DNA from: Nanobdellati archaeon
GTDB lineage: Archaea; EX4484-52; GLR71
DNA length: 63,862 bases
Reading direction: 5' to 3'
Assembly: GCA_019429125.1 (NCBI GenBank)
Contig: JAHYJO010000005.1
Span: 1-63,862, forward strand
In this document: piece after piece, positions 11,537-20,904 of the stretch
Layout of the letters: every line of letters begins with the position of its first letter
Position numbering within the stretch: the stretch's first letter is position 1
Made by a program: the position numbers and the translations under genes
Notes under the pieces: model-generated
Database searches by the model: none
The model's input: only the letters and a program-made list of their open reading frames with translations
What the model was told of the DNA's origin: nothing

Positions 11537-11807
11537 AGTTCTACACCATTTTTGATTGCACTATCTAATTTTGGACTTGATTATATATCCATAAAATCCC
11601 TTTTCGTCCGTCTATAATCTTCCCACCATCTTCAAGATATTTTAATATTAGGTTAAGTGTTTGATGCATTATTTTTTTTGGAAGTTTTTCTTTCAACTCC
11701 TCTCTTGTCACTAAAGTTGTCACTTCTTTCAATGTGTCTTCTACCATCAATACAGTTTTAAGACTAGGATAATGTATTATGTTTAATTCATTTTTTTGCA
11801 TAGTCAT
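11533..11807 (-). pseudogene. Small winged-HTH-like protein, apparently frameshifted near the C-terminus
   Basis: HYPSLKTVLMVEDTLK...KIMHQTLNLILKYLEDGGKI. The ORF stops at 11565, but adding one base gives NPSPKLDSAIKNGVEL* ending at 11533. Confidence 0.5.
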
Positions 11808-11943
11808 TACCTCTAATTGATTAAATCTATATAAACTTATATAAATAGTTATATAAATATATATATTTTTATCTTTGGTTTCATAACTTTAAATCTAAAA
11901 AGAATTAACAAAAGAAAAACAATCTAAGAAAAAAATAAAAGTT

Positions 11944-12321
11944 TTACTTAACGATTACGCCATTAAGTATTCCATGTTGACCCGGTCTTGATGTAATTTT
12001 TATATTCCCAGCTTTAGTCTTGACAATTGCGCCCTTGGTAACAATTCCAGCTCGTACAAATTGAAGATTTGCTTTGTTTTCGACAACACTATCAATCATT
12101 TCAACTTTAGTCTTGCCTTTTTCATCAGAAAAATTAACTTTATTGTCCTGTCTGAGTGCAATGCTTTCATTACCACCACGACCTCTTAAGACACGTACCT
12201 TCTTCTCACCTATTACAGTCTTAGTGAATTCACGACCGACCTGATGGTTTTTTTTAGCCACATAATCCTTGTGAAGACCACCTGTAGGTTTCCTTTTTGA
12301 TCTTGTATGATAGATTGCCAT
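11944..12321 (-). CDS. rps8e: 30S ribosomal protein S8e
   Basis: RSKRKPTGG, RGRGGN, IVTKGAIVKT and ITSRPGQHGILNG. Confidence 0.96.
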   Translation of the reverse strand: MAIYHTRSKRKPTGGLHKDYVAKKNHQVGREFTKTVIGEKKVRVLRGRGGNESIALRQDNKVNFSDEKGKTKVEMIDSVVENKANLQFVRAGIVTKGAIVKTKAGNIKITSRPGQHGILNGVIVK

Positions 12322-12366
12322 ATATAATCACGTTTTTTTCGGGATAGTTCTTATTTCACAGAAAGG

Positions 12367-12414
12367 TTTATAAAACTAATCACAAACATCATTTATATTC
12401 AAAATCTTTAAATA
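12367..12414. promoter_or_regulatory. Putative divergent archaeal TATA boxes for rps8e and Lsm
   Basis: TTTATAAA at 12367-12374 and A-rich-preceded TTTAAATA at 12407-12414, each about 40-46 nt from the respective start codon. Confidence 0.35.
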
Positions 12415-12453
12415 AGTTTCTATGAATATATACTGTACTGGTAAGTGATTTAG

Positions 12454-12678
12454 ATGACTGGAAGACCGATAGACGTATTGAACGAAGCAAAAGGCAAAAA
12501 CGTAATGTTGAAGCTTAAGAACAGGACTCAGGTATCTGGTATAATAAAAGCATTTGATATGCATATAAATGTATGGCTTGAAGATGCAGATGTAACTGAT
12601 GCTGATGGAAATACAACAAAATTAGGCAATACTTTAGTTAGGGGAGACAGTATCATTTATATATCTCCGGTGCAATAA
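12454..12678 (+). CDS. Sm-like (Lsm/SmAP) RNA-binding protein
   Basis: RPIDVLN, GIIKAFDMHINVWLEDA and LVRGDSIIYISP. Conserved position upstream of rpl37e. Confidence 0.93.
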   Translation: MTGRPIDVLNEAKGKNVMLKLKNRTQVSGIIKAFDMHINVWLEDADVTDADGNTTKLGNTLVRGDSIIYISPVQ

Positions 12679-12710
12679 AAAATAACTTACTAATTTTATG
12701 GTGATATTTA

Positions 12711-12899
12711 ATGACAAAAGGGAAACAATCTTTTGGTAAGATGAACAAGTCCGTTCACAAGAATTGCAGGCGATGCGGCAGTCATTCTTTCCACATAAGT
12801 AGGCATGAATGCAGTTCATGTGGTTTTGGCAAGAGTGCAAGTCTAAGGAGTTATTCTTGGCAAAACAAGGGTGGATTAGGCACGTACAAGAAGAAATAA
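12711..12899 (+). CDS. rpl37e: 50S ribosomal protein L37e
   Basis: MTKGKQSFGK and zinc finger CRRCG...CSSCGFG. Confidence 0.95.
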   Translation: MTKGKQSFGKMNKSVHKNCRRCGSHSFHISRHECSSCGFGKSASLRSYSWQNKGGLGTYKKK

Positions 12900-12932
12900 A
12901 TTATTTGTTAGCTATTTTTGAATAGTTTTCAT

Positions 12933-13006
12933 ACGGTAGTGGTCTAGTCTGGCTAGGATACCACCCTGCCACGGTGGATGCCCGAGTTCAAATCTCGGCT
13001 ACCGTA
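12933..13006 (+). tRNA. tRNA-Gly (anticodon GCC), no encoded CCA
   Basis: Acceptor stem ACGGTAG/CTACCGT, anticodon arm CCACC-CTGCCAC-GGTGG, T arm CCGAG-TTCAAAT-CTCGG. Confidence 0.93.
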
Positions 13007-13089
13007 TTTCATCTTTATAATTTTAATTCTGATATGATTACAGCTTAAAAACAGTAAAATATATAAGTTTTTGGGATAATTGTATTGGT

Positions 13090-14052
13090 ATGGCGGGAGT
13101 TATTGATTCTGCAGAAATACAGCAGTATAATGCTGGCTTAATGGGTCATTTGCCAGTGGGTTCAGATTATCAGTATGTTTTAGGACCTGTTTATCCTGTT
13201 ATACGAAATGCTATTGAGGGGCGTATACAAGATTTTGGGACACATACACGTTTCTCTAACTGTTGTCCTGATATTATGACTGTTATAAGTCATATTCTTA
13301 AAAATGATATAGGTCCCACCAAAGCGGTCCATTTATTTTGCAAAAACCCACGTCCTGATGATGTCTGGTCAAATAGTATAATCGAAAATTCTGAAGCTGA
13401 ACTAATTTATTCTGATGTAATGTTACCTAAAAATCACGATTATATGCTGTCTTTTGTGACTGACGAAGACAGTAATTATTTGTATTCTTTTGATCTTGAT
13501 TCAAATATTTTAGAGTTGTGCATGATTCAGGATTCTTCAAATAATATATCTATACCTAATCTTAGTTCTGTGAACAATTTGTTCAAAAAATTTATAGAAA
13601 TTGATTCTTGTGTGATATGTGCTGATTTTCGTGGTTCTGGATTAGATTCTGATAGGGTCAATGAGATTCGTAATTCTGAAATGTATTTAGACATTTTTAA
13701 TGACATTACTGCAAAATTGAACAATTATTATAAATTCTTGTCTGGTAACAGTTATCCTGTTGAATTTAGATCAATTGTGGGACTTACTTATGGATGTGAT
13801 GAGAGTGGTACGTATTGTGATCCATCTGAATATGAATTATCAGACACTACAGCTAGGTTGGTTGAATCCAAAAATGGGATAAATATGACCTTATATTGTG
13901 TCCGCTTTGATAGTCGTTTTGATTTTCCTCATGTAATCCTATCTCCAAAATCATCTAACTCTAAATTAATACCTCTTGCAAATTCATCAAAAGAAATATT
14001 GGATTTGTTAATGCCTAAACCTCTATTGTCTGGTGCTGATTTAAATGGATAG
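13090..14052 (+). CDS. Hypothetical protein (320 aa)
   Basis: Long open frame in AT-rich DNA with no recognised motif. Confidence 0.65.
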   Translation: MAGVIDSAEIQQYNAGLMGHLPVGSDYQYVLGPVYPVIRNAIEGRIQDFGTHTRFSNCCPDIMTVISHILKNDIGPTKAVHLFCKNPRPDDVWSNSIIENSEAELIYSDVMLPKNHDYMLSFVTDEDSNYLYSFDLDSNILELCMIQDSSNNISIPNLSSVNNLFKKFIEIDSCVICADFRGSGLDSDRVNEIRNSEMYLDIFNDITAKLNNYYKFLSGNSYPVEFRSIVGLTYGCDESGTYCDPSEYELSDTTARLVESKNGINMTLYCVRFDSRFDFPHVILSPKSSNSKLIPLANSSKEILDLLMPKPLLSGADLNG

Positions 14053-14083
14053 ATTAAGTACTGTCAATTAAATAAAATGCGGC

Positions 14084-14293
14084 TCATTCTTTTTCAGGTA
14101 TCACAATAGCAAAGAGTATATACAATAATATGCCGACTCCACCAAAAACTGCAGATACAATCCATAATATGCGCACGATGGTAGGATCAATGTCTAAGTA
14201 TTCACCAAGACCCCCACAGACACCTGCAAGCATCCTGTTGTCCTTTGACCTGCAAAGTTTTTTGATTTCCCCTTTTTTCACATTTCTGGCCAT
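14084..14293 (-). CDS. pspC: PspC domain membrane protein
   Basis: KKLCRSKDNRMLAGVCGGLGEYLDIDPTIVRILW plus a transmembrane helix. Confidence 0.9.
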   Translation of the reverse strand: MARNVKKGEIKKLCRSKDNRMLAGVCGGLGEYLDIDPTIVRILWIVSAVFGGVGILLYILFAIVIPEKE

Positions 14294-14380
14294 TTTTAGT
14301 CACCTCTTTAATTTGTAATCTGATATTAATATGCGTTTCCGTCCTAAACCTTAAAAACAGACAGCATCAAATATTGTGTA

Positions 14381-14752
14381 GTGACTATGTTCAAGAAACG
14401 TCCACGCGGAAAAAAGAAGACATGGCAGGTAGAGATTGCTGAGGAACGCATGCATATCCTTTTTAGTGAGGCTGACAGGCGTTTCAAGACTTATCCTGAC
14501 CTATCTGACCGGTATGTGGAAATGGCCCGTAAGATAAGCACCAAGCTTAACGTGCCCATACCTTGCGAGTTGAAGCGTCAGTTCTGTAAAAACTGCGGTG
14601 CATACTTAGTCTATGGTGCAAACGCCCGGCAACGCGTAAACTCTGAGAAGCAGTATGTTATAATGACATGCCTTAAGTGTAATCATAAGAAACGGATACC
14701 TTATACTGATGAAAAGAAAAAAGCCCGAAAAGAAAAAGAAAAAAAGGATTAG
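14381..14752 (+). CDS. rnp4: Ribonuclease P protein component 4 (Rpp21)
   Basis: IAEERMHILF, RYVEMARKIS, KRQFCKNC...TCLKC. Confidence 0.92.
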   Translation: MTMFKKRPRGKKKTWQVEIAEERMHILFSEADRRFKTYPDLSDRYVEMARKISTKLNVPIPCELKRQFCKNCGAYLVYGANARQRVNSEKQYVIMTCLKCNHKKRIPYTDEKKKARKEKEKKD

Positions 14753-14900
14753 TTAATATTTATTTCATTTTTATGGTGCTCGCAACCTATGCAAATGTTT
14801 ATAAAGCTAACATAATAAATTTGGTCAGAAATTATTATTCTGGATGCGGCACCGGAATAAAGTTGCTGATTTCTATCTAATTTATATATACGGTGAAAAA

Positions 14901-15323
14901 ATGGTAACAGTTTTTGATGTTGAACCCAACAAGCTTATAGAAGAAGCTTCAGAAGAACTAAAGAAGATAGAGGCAATAGTGCCACCTGTATGGGTTCCTT
15001 TCGTAAAGACCGGGTCTCATAATGAACGGGTTCCTGAGAATCCTGACTGGTGGTACATACGAGCTGCGTCTATCCTTAGAAAAGTTTATATATCTCCCCA
15101 TGGTGTTGGTGTAGATAGGCTAAAGACAGTATACGGTGGCCGAAAGAACAAAGGATACAAACCTGAAAAGAGGCGAAATGCGTCAGGTAACATAATCCGA
15201 AAATGTTTTCAGCAACTAGAAACTGCAGGTTTTGTCACAAAAGTTCCAAAAGGACGATGGATAACTCCTAAAGGTCAGAAGTTCCTTGATAATCTTGCAT
15301 ACAAAGTTCATAAGGCTAAGTGA
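14901..15323 (+). CDS. rps19e: 30S ribosomal protein S19e
   Basis: FVKTGSHNERVPENPDWWYIRAASILRK. GGTGA SD precedes the ATG at 14901. Confidence 0.96.
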   Translation: MVTVFDVEPNKLIEEASEELKKIEAIVPPVWVPFVKTGSHNERVPENPDWWYIRAASILRKVYISPHGVGVDRLKTVYGGRKNKGYKPEKRRNASGNIIRKCFQQLETAGFVTKVPKGRWITPKGQKFLDNLAYKVHKAK

Positions 15324-15329
15324 TTTCAG

Positions 15330-15671
15330 ATGTCATTATCTCTTGAAGAGATTAAAAGGCGGCGAATGGAACAATTCGCACAGCAGCAAAATCAAGCACA
15401 TAATTTTGCAACCGGGTATGATTCTCGTGCTCAGATGTCCCAGCTTGAATCGGAACTTGCGCGCACTATGCCAAACATACTAGATCCCGATGCCATGGAA
15501 CGCCTGAATATGATAAAGTCTACAAAGCCAGAGTTTGCGATGCAGGTTCAGGTTTATCTTGTGTCGATATATCGGCAAGGCAAGATACATCAACCTTTAG
15601 ATGATATCTCATTCAAGCAGATACTTGATAACCTTGTAAAGAAACCTGATTGGAACATAAGACGAAAATGA
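15330..15671 (+). CDS. PDCD5/TFAR19-family DNA-binding protein
   Basis: LEEIKRRRMEQ, ILDPDAMERLNMIKSTKPEFA and terminal NIRRK. Conserved position after rps19e. Confidence 0.88.
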   Translation: MSLSLEEIKRRRMEQFAQQQNQAHNFATGYDSRAQMSQLESELARTMPNILDPDAMERLNMIKSTKPEFAMQVQVYLVSIYRQGKIHQPLDDISFKQILDNLVKKPDWNIRRK

Positions 15672-15774
15672 TTAAAAAGTATTTAATATGCAAAACATGC
15701 AAAACAAATATAATATTATAGATTACGATTTACAAGATAACATAAAATATTAATATAATGAGAATGTGATTATT

Positions 15775-15948
15775 ATGTCAAAACACAAGACTTTTGCAAA
15801 AAAGATGAAGATGCTTAAAGAGAAAGCAATCTCAAAAGCAGCTCCACGATGGATAGACTTGAAAGTATATGGTCTTCAGAGAGCAAGACACAAGACTGTA
15901 AAAAGGTTCAGATCCCGAAGTTGGAAACGAAGTAGCATAAAATACTAG
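15775..15948 (+). CDS. rpl39e: 50S ribosomal protein L39e (divergent)
   Basis: MSKHKTFAKK...APRWI...RSWKRS. Located upstream of rpl31e. Confidence 0.8.
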   Translation: MSKHKTFAKKMKMLKEKAISKAAPRWIDLKVYGLQRARHKTVKRFRSRSWKRSSIKY

Positions 15949-15958
15949 GTGAATGATT

Positions 15959-16507
15959 ATGGCAGAAAAAAGGCTTTACACAATCCCTCTACGTGATGCA
16001 TGGAATGCGTCCATCAAGAAACGAAGTAAACGAGCAATGTCAGTCATAAAAATCTTTGCAGAAAGACACATGAAGACTGATTCTGTAAAGATTGGTGCAG
16101 AACTGAATCATTTTATTTGGGCAAGGGGTATAAAGAACCCTCCACGAAAAGTAAAAGTTCAGATGGTACCAAAAAAGACAGACGACGTTGAAGTTGTATG
16201 GGTAGACGTTGCAACATCATCTATGGATTATCTTAACGACGAAAAAGAAGAGAAGAATGATAAAAATAAATCCAAAGTTAAAGATGCACCTAAAGTGGAT
16301 GCAACAGAAACAAAAAAAGAGATTAAAGCAGAGCCAAAAAAAGCCGACGCAAAACCAAAAACAGAATCAAAAAAAGCTAAGCTTGCAAATGCTTCAGAAG
16401 TAAAAGCTACAAAATCTCCTGTAAAACCTAAAGTTACACCAAAAGTTACACCAAAAACTGATATAAAAACTGAGGAAAAGAAAAAGGTTACTCCTGCAAA
16501 AAAATAG
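15959..16507 (+). CDS. rpl31e: 50S ribosomal protein L31e with Lys-rich C-terminal extension
   Basis: ERLYTIPLR-like start, KRSKRAM, ELNHFIWARGIKNPPRKVKV. GGTGA SD precedes 15959. Confidence 0.93.
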   Translation: MAEKRLYTIPLRDAWNASIKKRSKRAMSVIKIFAERHMKTDSVKIGAELNHFIWARGIKNPPRKVKVQMVPKKTDDVEVVWVDVATSSMDYLNDEKEEKNDKNKSKVKDAPKVDATETKKEIKAEPKKADAKPKTESKKAKLANASEVKATKSPVKPKVTPKVTPKTDIKTEEKKKVTPAKK

Positions 16508-16563
16508 ATTTCTTTTTTCTTTTCATACATTTTTTATTTTTATCTAATTTATAAGTGATTATT

Positions 16564-17244
16564 ATGCGTGTTATAAAAACAACCTTAAATGGTGATCCAA
16601 ACGTAGGTCTCTATGGTATGGCAACCGATAGGTATGCGATAATCTCTGATTCAAACGCAGACAAAGCCGTAATCTCTGAAGTGTTAGGTGTGCCTGTAAT
16701 AGTCACACGCATTGCAAGGACTGATTTGACTGGTATATTTATTGCTGGCAATTCAAATGCCGTGCTTCTTCCAGACATAATAGAATCAAAAGAGCTTGAA
16801 ATAATCACAGAGGGTATTAAAAAGATATCAAAAGACATAGTTGTAAAAGTAATAAAGACAAATAACACAGCTTTAGGGAACCTAATTCTCGCAAATGACA
16901 AGGCAGCCGTAATCTCAACACTTCTTGAAGAGCAAAAAGATGAGATATCGGAAGCTCTCAAGGTACCGGTAATAGTCGCAGATCTTATGGACTTGTCAAT
17001 TATAGGCTCAATCTGCATAACTACAAACAAAGGTTTCTTGATGAACATGCATGCAGAAAAAGAGGACTTTGAACTTGTTGAACAAAACATAAAAGTTGAA
17101 GGCGACATAGGCACAGTCAATTTCGGTGGACCTTTCGTCCGAAGTGGTCTGATTGCAAACTCAAACGGTTACCTTATAGGGAACCAGACAACTGGTCCTG
17201 AAATATCAAGAATTGATGAAGCACTAGGATTCATAAATGTTTGA
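16564..17244 (+). CDS. eif6: Translation initiation factor 6 (aIF6)
   Basis: GDPNVGLYG, ALGNLILAND, GTVNFGGPFVRSGLIANSNG and TTGPEISRIDEALG. Confidence 0.95.
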   Translation: MRVIKTTLNGDPNVGLYGMATDRYAIISDSNADKAVISEVLGVPVIVTRIARTDLTGIFIAGNSNAVLLPDIIESKELEIITEGIKKISKDIVVKVIKTNNTALGNLILANDKAAVISTLLEEQKDEISEALKVPVIVADLMDLSIIGSICITTNKGFLMNMHAEKEDFELVEQNIKVEGDIGTVNFGGPFVRSGLIANSNGYLIGNQTTGPEISRIDEALGFINV

Positions 17245-17360
17245 TTTATTTGATATTTTATATATTTGATTTATTTGATATTTTATATATTTGGTTTATT
17301 TGATCTCTTATATGTTTGATTTATCGGATATCTGATATATTTGATTTATTAGATATATAA
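17240..17360. repeat. 25-bp tandem repeat, about 5 degenerating copies
   Basis: TTTGATTTATTTGATATTTTATATA at 17240 and 17265 (identical), with variants at 17290, 17315 and 17340. Confidence 0.85.
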
Positions 17361-17438
17361 TCAATTTAATATTTTTGATATACCTGTTTATACATATTTA
17401 AATGAGTTAACCTAAATTAACAATTACGATGTGGTATT

Positions 17439-17852
17439 ATGGATGAGCAAGAGATGCAGTCAAAATTAATGGAAATCGAGATGATTAAACAGCAGTTGAC
17501 TCAGCTTGACCAGCAGAGGATGCAAGTAAATGCACGGCTTATGGATTCTGATGCAGCCCTTAAGACCTTAAAAGATCTTGAAACAGGAACTGGCATTGTT
17601 GAAACTTTTGTTCCTTTTGGTGGTGGTATATTTTCAAAAGCTACATTTCCTGAAACAAGACAAGTTCTAGTAAATGTCGGACAAGACATAGCGGTTGAAA
17701 AAACAGTAGCTGAAGCAAAGACTATAATAGAGCAGACAATAGCAGGATATGAAAAGATGTTCACGGATCTTGATAGTCATATCATGATGCTTCAAAAGCA
17801 TGCTGAATTGATTTATTATTCAATTGAAGCGGCAAGTGCATCAAAAAGATAA
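17439..17852 (+). CDS. pfdA: Prefoldin subunit alpha
   Basis: Coiled coils flank ETFVPFGGGIF...VLVNVGQDIAVEKT. Located between eIF6 and ftsY. Confidence 0.92.
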   Translation: MDEQEMQSKLMEIEMIKQQLTQLDQQRMQVNARLMDSDAALKTLKDLETGTGIVETFVPFGGGIFSKATFPETRQVLVNVGQDIAVEKTVAEAKTIIEQTIAGYEKMFTDLDSHIMMLQKHAELIYYSIEAASASKR

Positions 17853-17895
17853 AGATAAATATAATATTTAAAAATTATTTAGGGGGGGTAGATGC

Positions 17896-18978
17896 TTGGT
17901 GTTTGGTCGTTTCAAAAAAAAGTTAAATGAAGTCATACAAAAAGTTTCAGAGACTGTTACTCCTACAGACTCTAGAGAAAAATCAATTGAACATCATGAA
18001 CTTGTCGAGTCAGAATCTATTATTTCAGAGAATTGCGCAGATATAAGGTATTTAGATAAAAACACAAAAGACAAAAATCAAAAAACCAAAAAGACAATTT
18101 CTGAGAAATTAAAAAGCGCAGTTAAAGTAGTCTCTGAAAAAAAGATTGATGCTGATGTCCTAGACAATGCACTGTGGGAACTTGAACTTGTCCTTCTTGA
18201 AAACAATGTGGCCTCTGAAATGTCAGAAGCAATCTGTACCGAGATAAAGATGTGCCTTGTTGGAAAGTCAGTCAGCCGTTTTGAAGTAAAAAACATAATT
18301 GAAGAGACTTTCAAAAAAAATGTACGGGAAAGTCTTGAGTGTGAACCTCTTGATATTTATGGTATCATAGAAAAAAACAAAGCAGAAAAAACCCCAACAC
18401 TAATCATGTTCTTAGGCTTTAACGGCGCCGGAAAAACCACAAACCTAGCAAAGTTAGGTTATTTATTAAAAGATAAAGGCTATTCATGTGTATTCGCGGC
18501 AGGCGACACTTTCCGTGCAGCTGCAATCCACCAGCTGGAAGTACATTCTGAAACCCTTAAAATTCCGATGATAAAACACGACTATGGTTCAGATGCGGCA
18601 GCAGTTATTTTTGATGCAAAAAAACACGCAAAAGCCAAAGGTATTGATGTAATCCTTGCAGACACGGCAGGCCGTACACACATGAACAAGAACCTTCTTG
18701 AAGAATTAAAAAAGATAGTGAAAGTTAACAGGCCGGATATAAATATTTTGGTTGTAGAATCAATTGCAGGAAACGACATAGTTGAGCAGGGTCGAGTATT
18801 CAGTGAAGCCAGAGTTGATGGTATTATCCTATCCAAATGGGATGTTGACCCAAAAGGTGGAGCAGCATTATCATTAACAAAAGCTATTGACAAACCGATA
18901 GTGTTTTTGGGTACTGGTCAAGATTATAAAGACTTAAAAGAGTTTAACATTGAAGAGGTCATAGATAATATAATTTGA
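17896..18978 (+). CDS. ftsY: Signal recognition particle receptor FtsY
   Basis: GFNGAGKTT, GDTFRAAA, DTAGR, SKWDVDPKGGAALS and GTGQDYKDL. Confidence 0.96.
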   Translation: MVFGRFKKKLNEVIQKVSETVTPTDSREKSIEHHELVESESIISENCADIRYLDKNTKDKNQKTKKTISEKLKSAVKVVSEKKIDADVLDNALWELELVLLENNVASEMSEAICTEIKMCLVGKSVSRFEVKNIIEETFKKNVRESLECEPLDIYGIIEKNKAEKTPTLIMFLGFNGAGKTTNLAKLGYLLKDKGYSCVFAAGDTFRAAAIHQLEVHSETLKIPMIKHDYGSDAAAVIFDAKKHAKAKGIDVILADTAGRTHMNKNLLEELKKIVKVNRPDINILVVESIAGNDIVEQGRVFSEARVDGIILSKWDVDPKGGAALSLTKAIDKPIVFLGTGQDYKDLKEFNIEEVIDNII

Positions 18979-19097
18979 TGTATAAATCTAAAATATCAAT
19001 CAAGATATCATTAATTTAAAGAATTATAATATTTATCAGATAACGAATGATTTATATATGTGTTGAACCTATAACTAATACAAAAGGTTGTGAATTT

Positions 19098-19589
19098 ATG
19101 AGCAAGAATATTTCTGTTGATATAAAAGAGGGCACATTGACCTTCAAGGTAAATCCTAATGTATATCCGATAGGTGTAATATTTCAAGCCGCTGATGTAT
19201 TTATAGAAAAAGCTTATGTTTATATTGAGGGCGACCCAGAAGAAGAGATATCTGTAACACTGAAACCAAAAGAAGATAAAGCCAATTTAGAGGATTATGC
19301 AGGCGAATTCAACAATGAGCTTGTAAGCTATGCTGCATATTTTGTAAGGTCACAAGTGAACAGGGATGTTCGCGAAGCTATGCTTAAACGTGCTTTCTTC
19401 TCAGTCTCACCAAACAATAATTCAGAAACCAAAGATGAAAAAGAATTCGAGTCAAAAAAGCTTGAGAAAGTAAAGATTGATATAGGTTCAAAAGTACCTA
19501 TAATGGATAATATTGAGGATGATGACACATGTTTAGAAGACATCTCAAAACCCTGGGATGAACAGAAAGGTAAGATTGATAATTGCTGA
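19098..19589 (+). CDS. hxsD: His-Xaa-Ser system protein HxsD-like
   Basis: VNPNVYPIGVIFQAADVFIEKAYVYI...GEFNNELVSY...RDVREAML. First gene of the Hxs cluster; ATG 19098 is preferred over 19047. Confidence 0.7.
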   Translation: MSKNISVDIKEGTLTFKVNPNVYPIGVIFQAADVFIEKAYVYIEGDPEEEISVTLKPKEDKANLEDYAGEFNNELVSYAAYFVRSQVNRDVREAMLKRAFFSVSPNNNSETKDEKEFESKKLEKVKIDIGSKVPIMDNIEDDDTCLEDISKPWDEQKGKIDNC

Positions 19590-20574
19590 GTTAGGTCCTA
19601 TGGAAAATTCAATTACCTCTGTTGATATAAAATTTGGATATAGTTGTAACAATAACTGTGTGCATTGTGTTATTGCCGGTCATGTGGATCGTCTTAAAAA
19701 AGAGAACAAGCCAATAGACCGTACAACTGATGAGATAAAAGAGCACATTCTTGATGCAAAATCAAAAGGTGCAATGTCAGTAGTATTCACAGGCGGCGAA
19801 GTAACTATAAGACCTGATTTTCTTGAACTTCTTGAGTTTTCAGAATCAAATGGCGTGCATCCCGGTTTACAAACCAATGGTCGATCTTTTTGTGTCAGGC
19901 AATTTGCACAGAAAACATTAAATATGGTGCCTAACCTCCATTTTGAAGTAGCCCTACACTCCTCAAAAAAAGAGATTCATGATAAAATCACAAGGGTAGA
20001 TGGATCATTTGATCAGACCGTAACTGGCATTAAAAATCTAATCCTCCTCGGTGCAAAAAGCGTAAATTTCAAAGTGGTGATATCACGCAGCAATTTCAAA
20101 GACTTAAAAGACATAATTGCTCTTGCAAAAGACCTAAACATAAACCAAGTGGATATAGCATATCCTCATGGTATGGGCAATGCACGAAAATATTGGTTTG
20201 ATATAGTGCCTAAATACACAGAAATACATCCATTCGTTCTTGAGGCAGCCACCTTCGCAAAGGAGAACAATGTAGAGATTTCATTTGAAGCAATACCTTT
20301 ATGTTTCCTTGCGGGATTTGAAAAACATGCTTCTGAACTTGAATTTATAATACAATATATGAATGGTAAGTCAAGCGAACTGCGGCAAGTGGGGGAACTA
20401 GAAATAAACTGGCAGACTGAACGATTGAGGATAAAGACAAAACTGTCCCAGTGCAAAAAATGCAGTTATTTCAATGTTTGTGAAGGTGTATGGTGTGAAT
20501 ATGTTGAATTTTACGGAGGAAATGAATTTGCACCTGTTAAAGGAAAGACATTAACCTTAAAAGATATCTTATAA
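19558..20574 (+). CDS. Radical SAM protein, HxsC-like (paralog 1); true start may be 19600
   Basis: CNNNCVHC, FTGGEVT, LQTNGR and C-terminal CKKCSYFNVCEGVW. Confidence 0.85.
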   Translation: MNRKVRLIIAELGPMENSITSVDIKFGYSCNNNCVHCVIAGHVDRLKKENKPIDRTTDEIKEHILDAKSKGAMSVVFTGGEVTIRPDFLELLEFSESNGVHPGLQTNGRSFCVRQFAQKTLNMVPNLHFEVALHSSKKEIHDKITRVDGSFDQTVTGIKNLILLGAKSVNFKVVISRSNFKDLKDIIALAKDLNINQVDIAYPHGMGNARKYWFDIVPKYTEIHPFVLEAATFAKENNVEISFEAIPLCFLAGFEKHASELEFIIQYMNGKSSELRQVGELEINWQTERLRIKTKLSQCKKCSYFNVCEGVWCEYVEFYGGNEFAPVKGKTLTLKDIL

Positions 20575-20636
20575 GCTATAAAATAAATAGATTGTATTTA
20601 TATAACTTCAGAAAAAATTATAGTTAGTGTATTATT

Positions 20637-20894
20637 ATGTTGCCGATTGAATTCAAAGACAAAGACAATGCAAAGATATCATTCAATTCCGATTTTTATA
20701 GTATGTACTCCCTTTCAGAAGTTTGTGAAAGGTTCCAGTCAATATTTAAGATGAAGGTAGAATACCAAAGAGACAATAAAAAGATAAATGTTTATTTTAG
20801 ACTAAAAGAGAAATTGACACAAGACGAATTCAAGACTGCACTTCTTGAATTTATGAATCATGCGATTCATGAAGAAGTAAGTGTAGTTAAATGA
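20637..20894 (+). CDS. Second small HxsD-like protein
   Basis: ISFNSDFYSMYSL...LEFMNHAI parallels the pattern of the 19098 protein. Lies directly upstream of hxsB. Confidence 0.55.
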   Translation: MLPIEFKDKDNAKISFNSDFYSMYSLSEVCERFQSIFKMKVEYQRDNKKINVYFRLKEKLTQDEFKTALLEFMNHAIHEEVSVVK

Positions 20895-20904
20895 AGATGA
20901 TAAT

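Noticed and set aside
14753-14900. Structured RNA leader or longer N-terminus for rps19e
   Set aside because: Only a 5-bp GGTGC/GCACC complement is seen, and the SD-ATG at 14901 explains the gene start.
17240-17360. Possible CRISPR array
   Set aside because: The units are directly adjacent with no unique spacers, and no cas genes are in the window.
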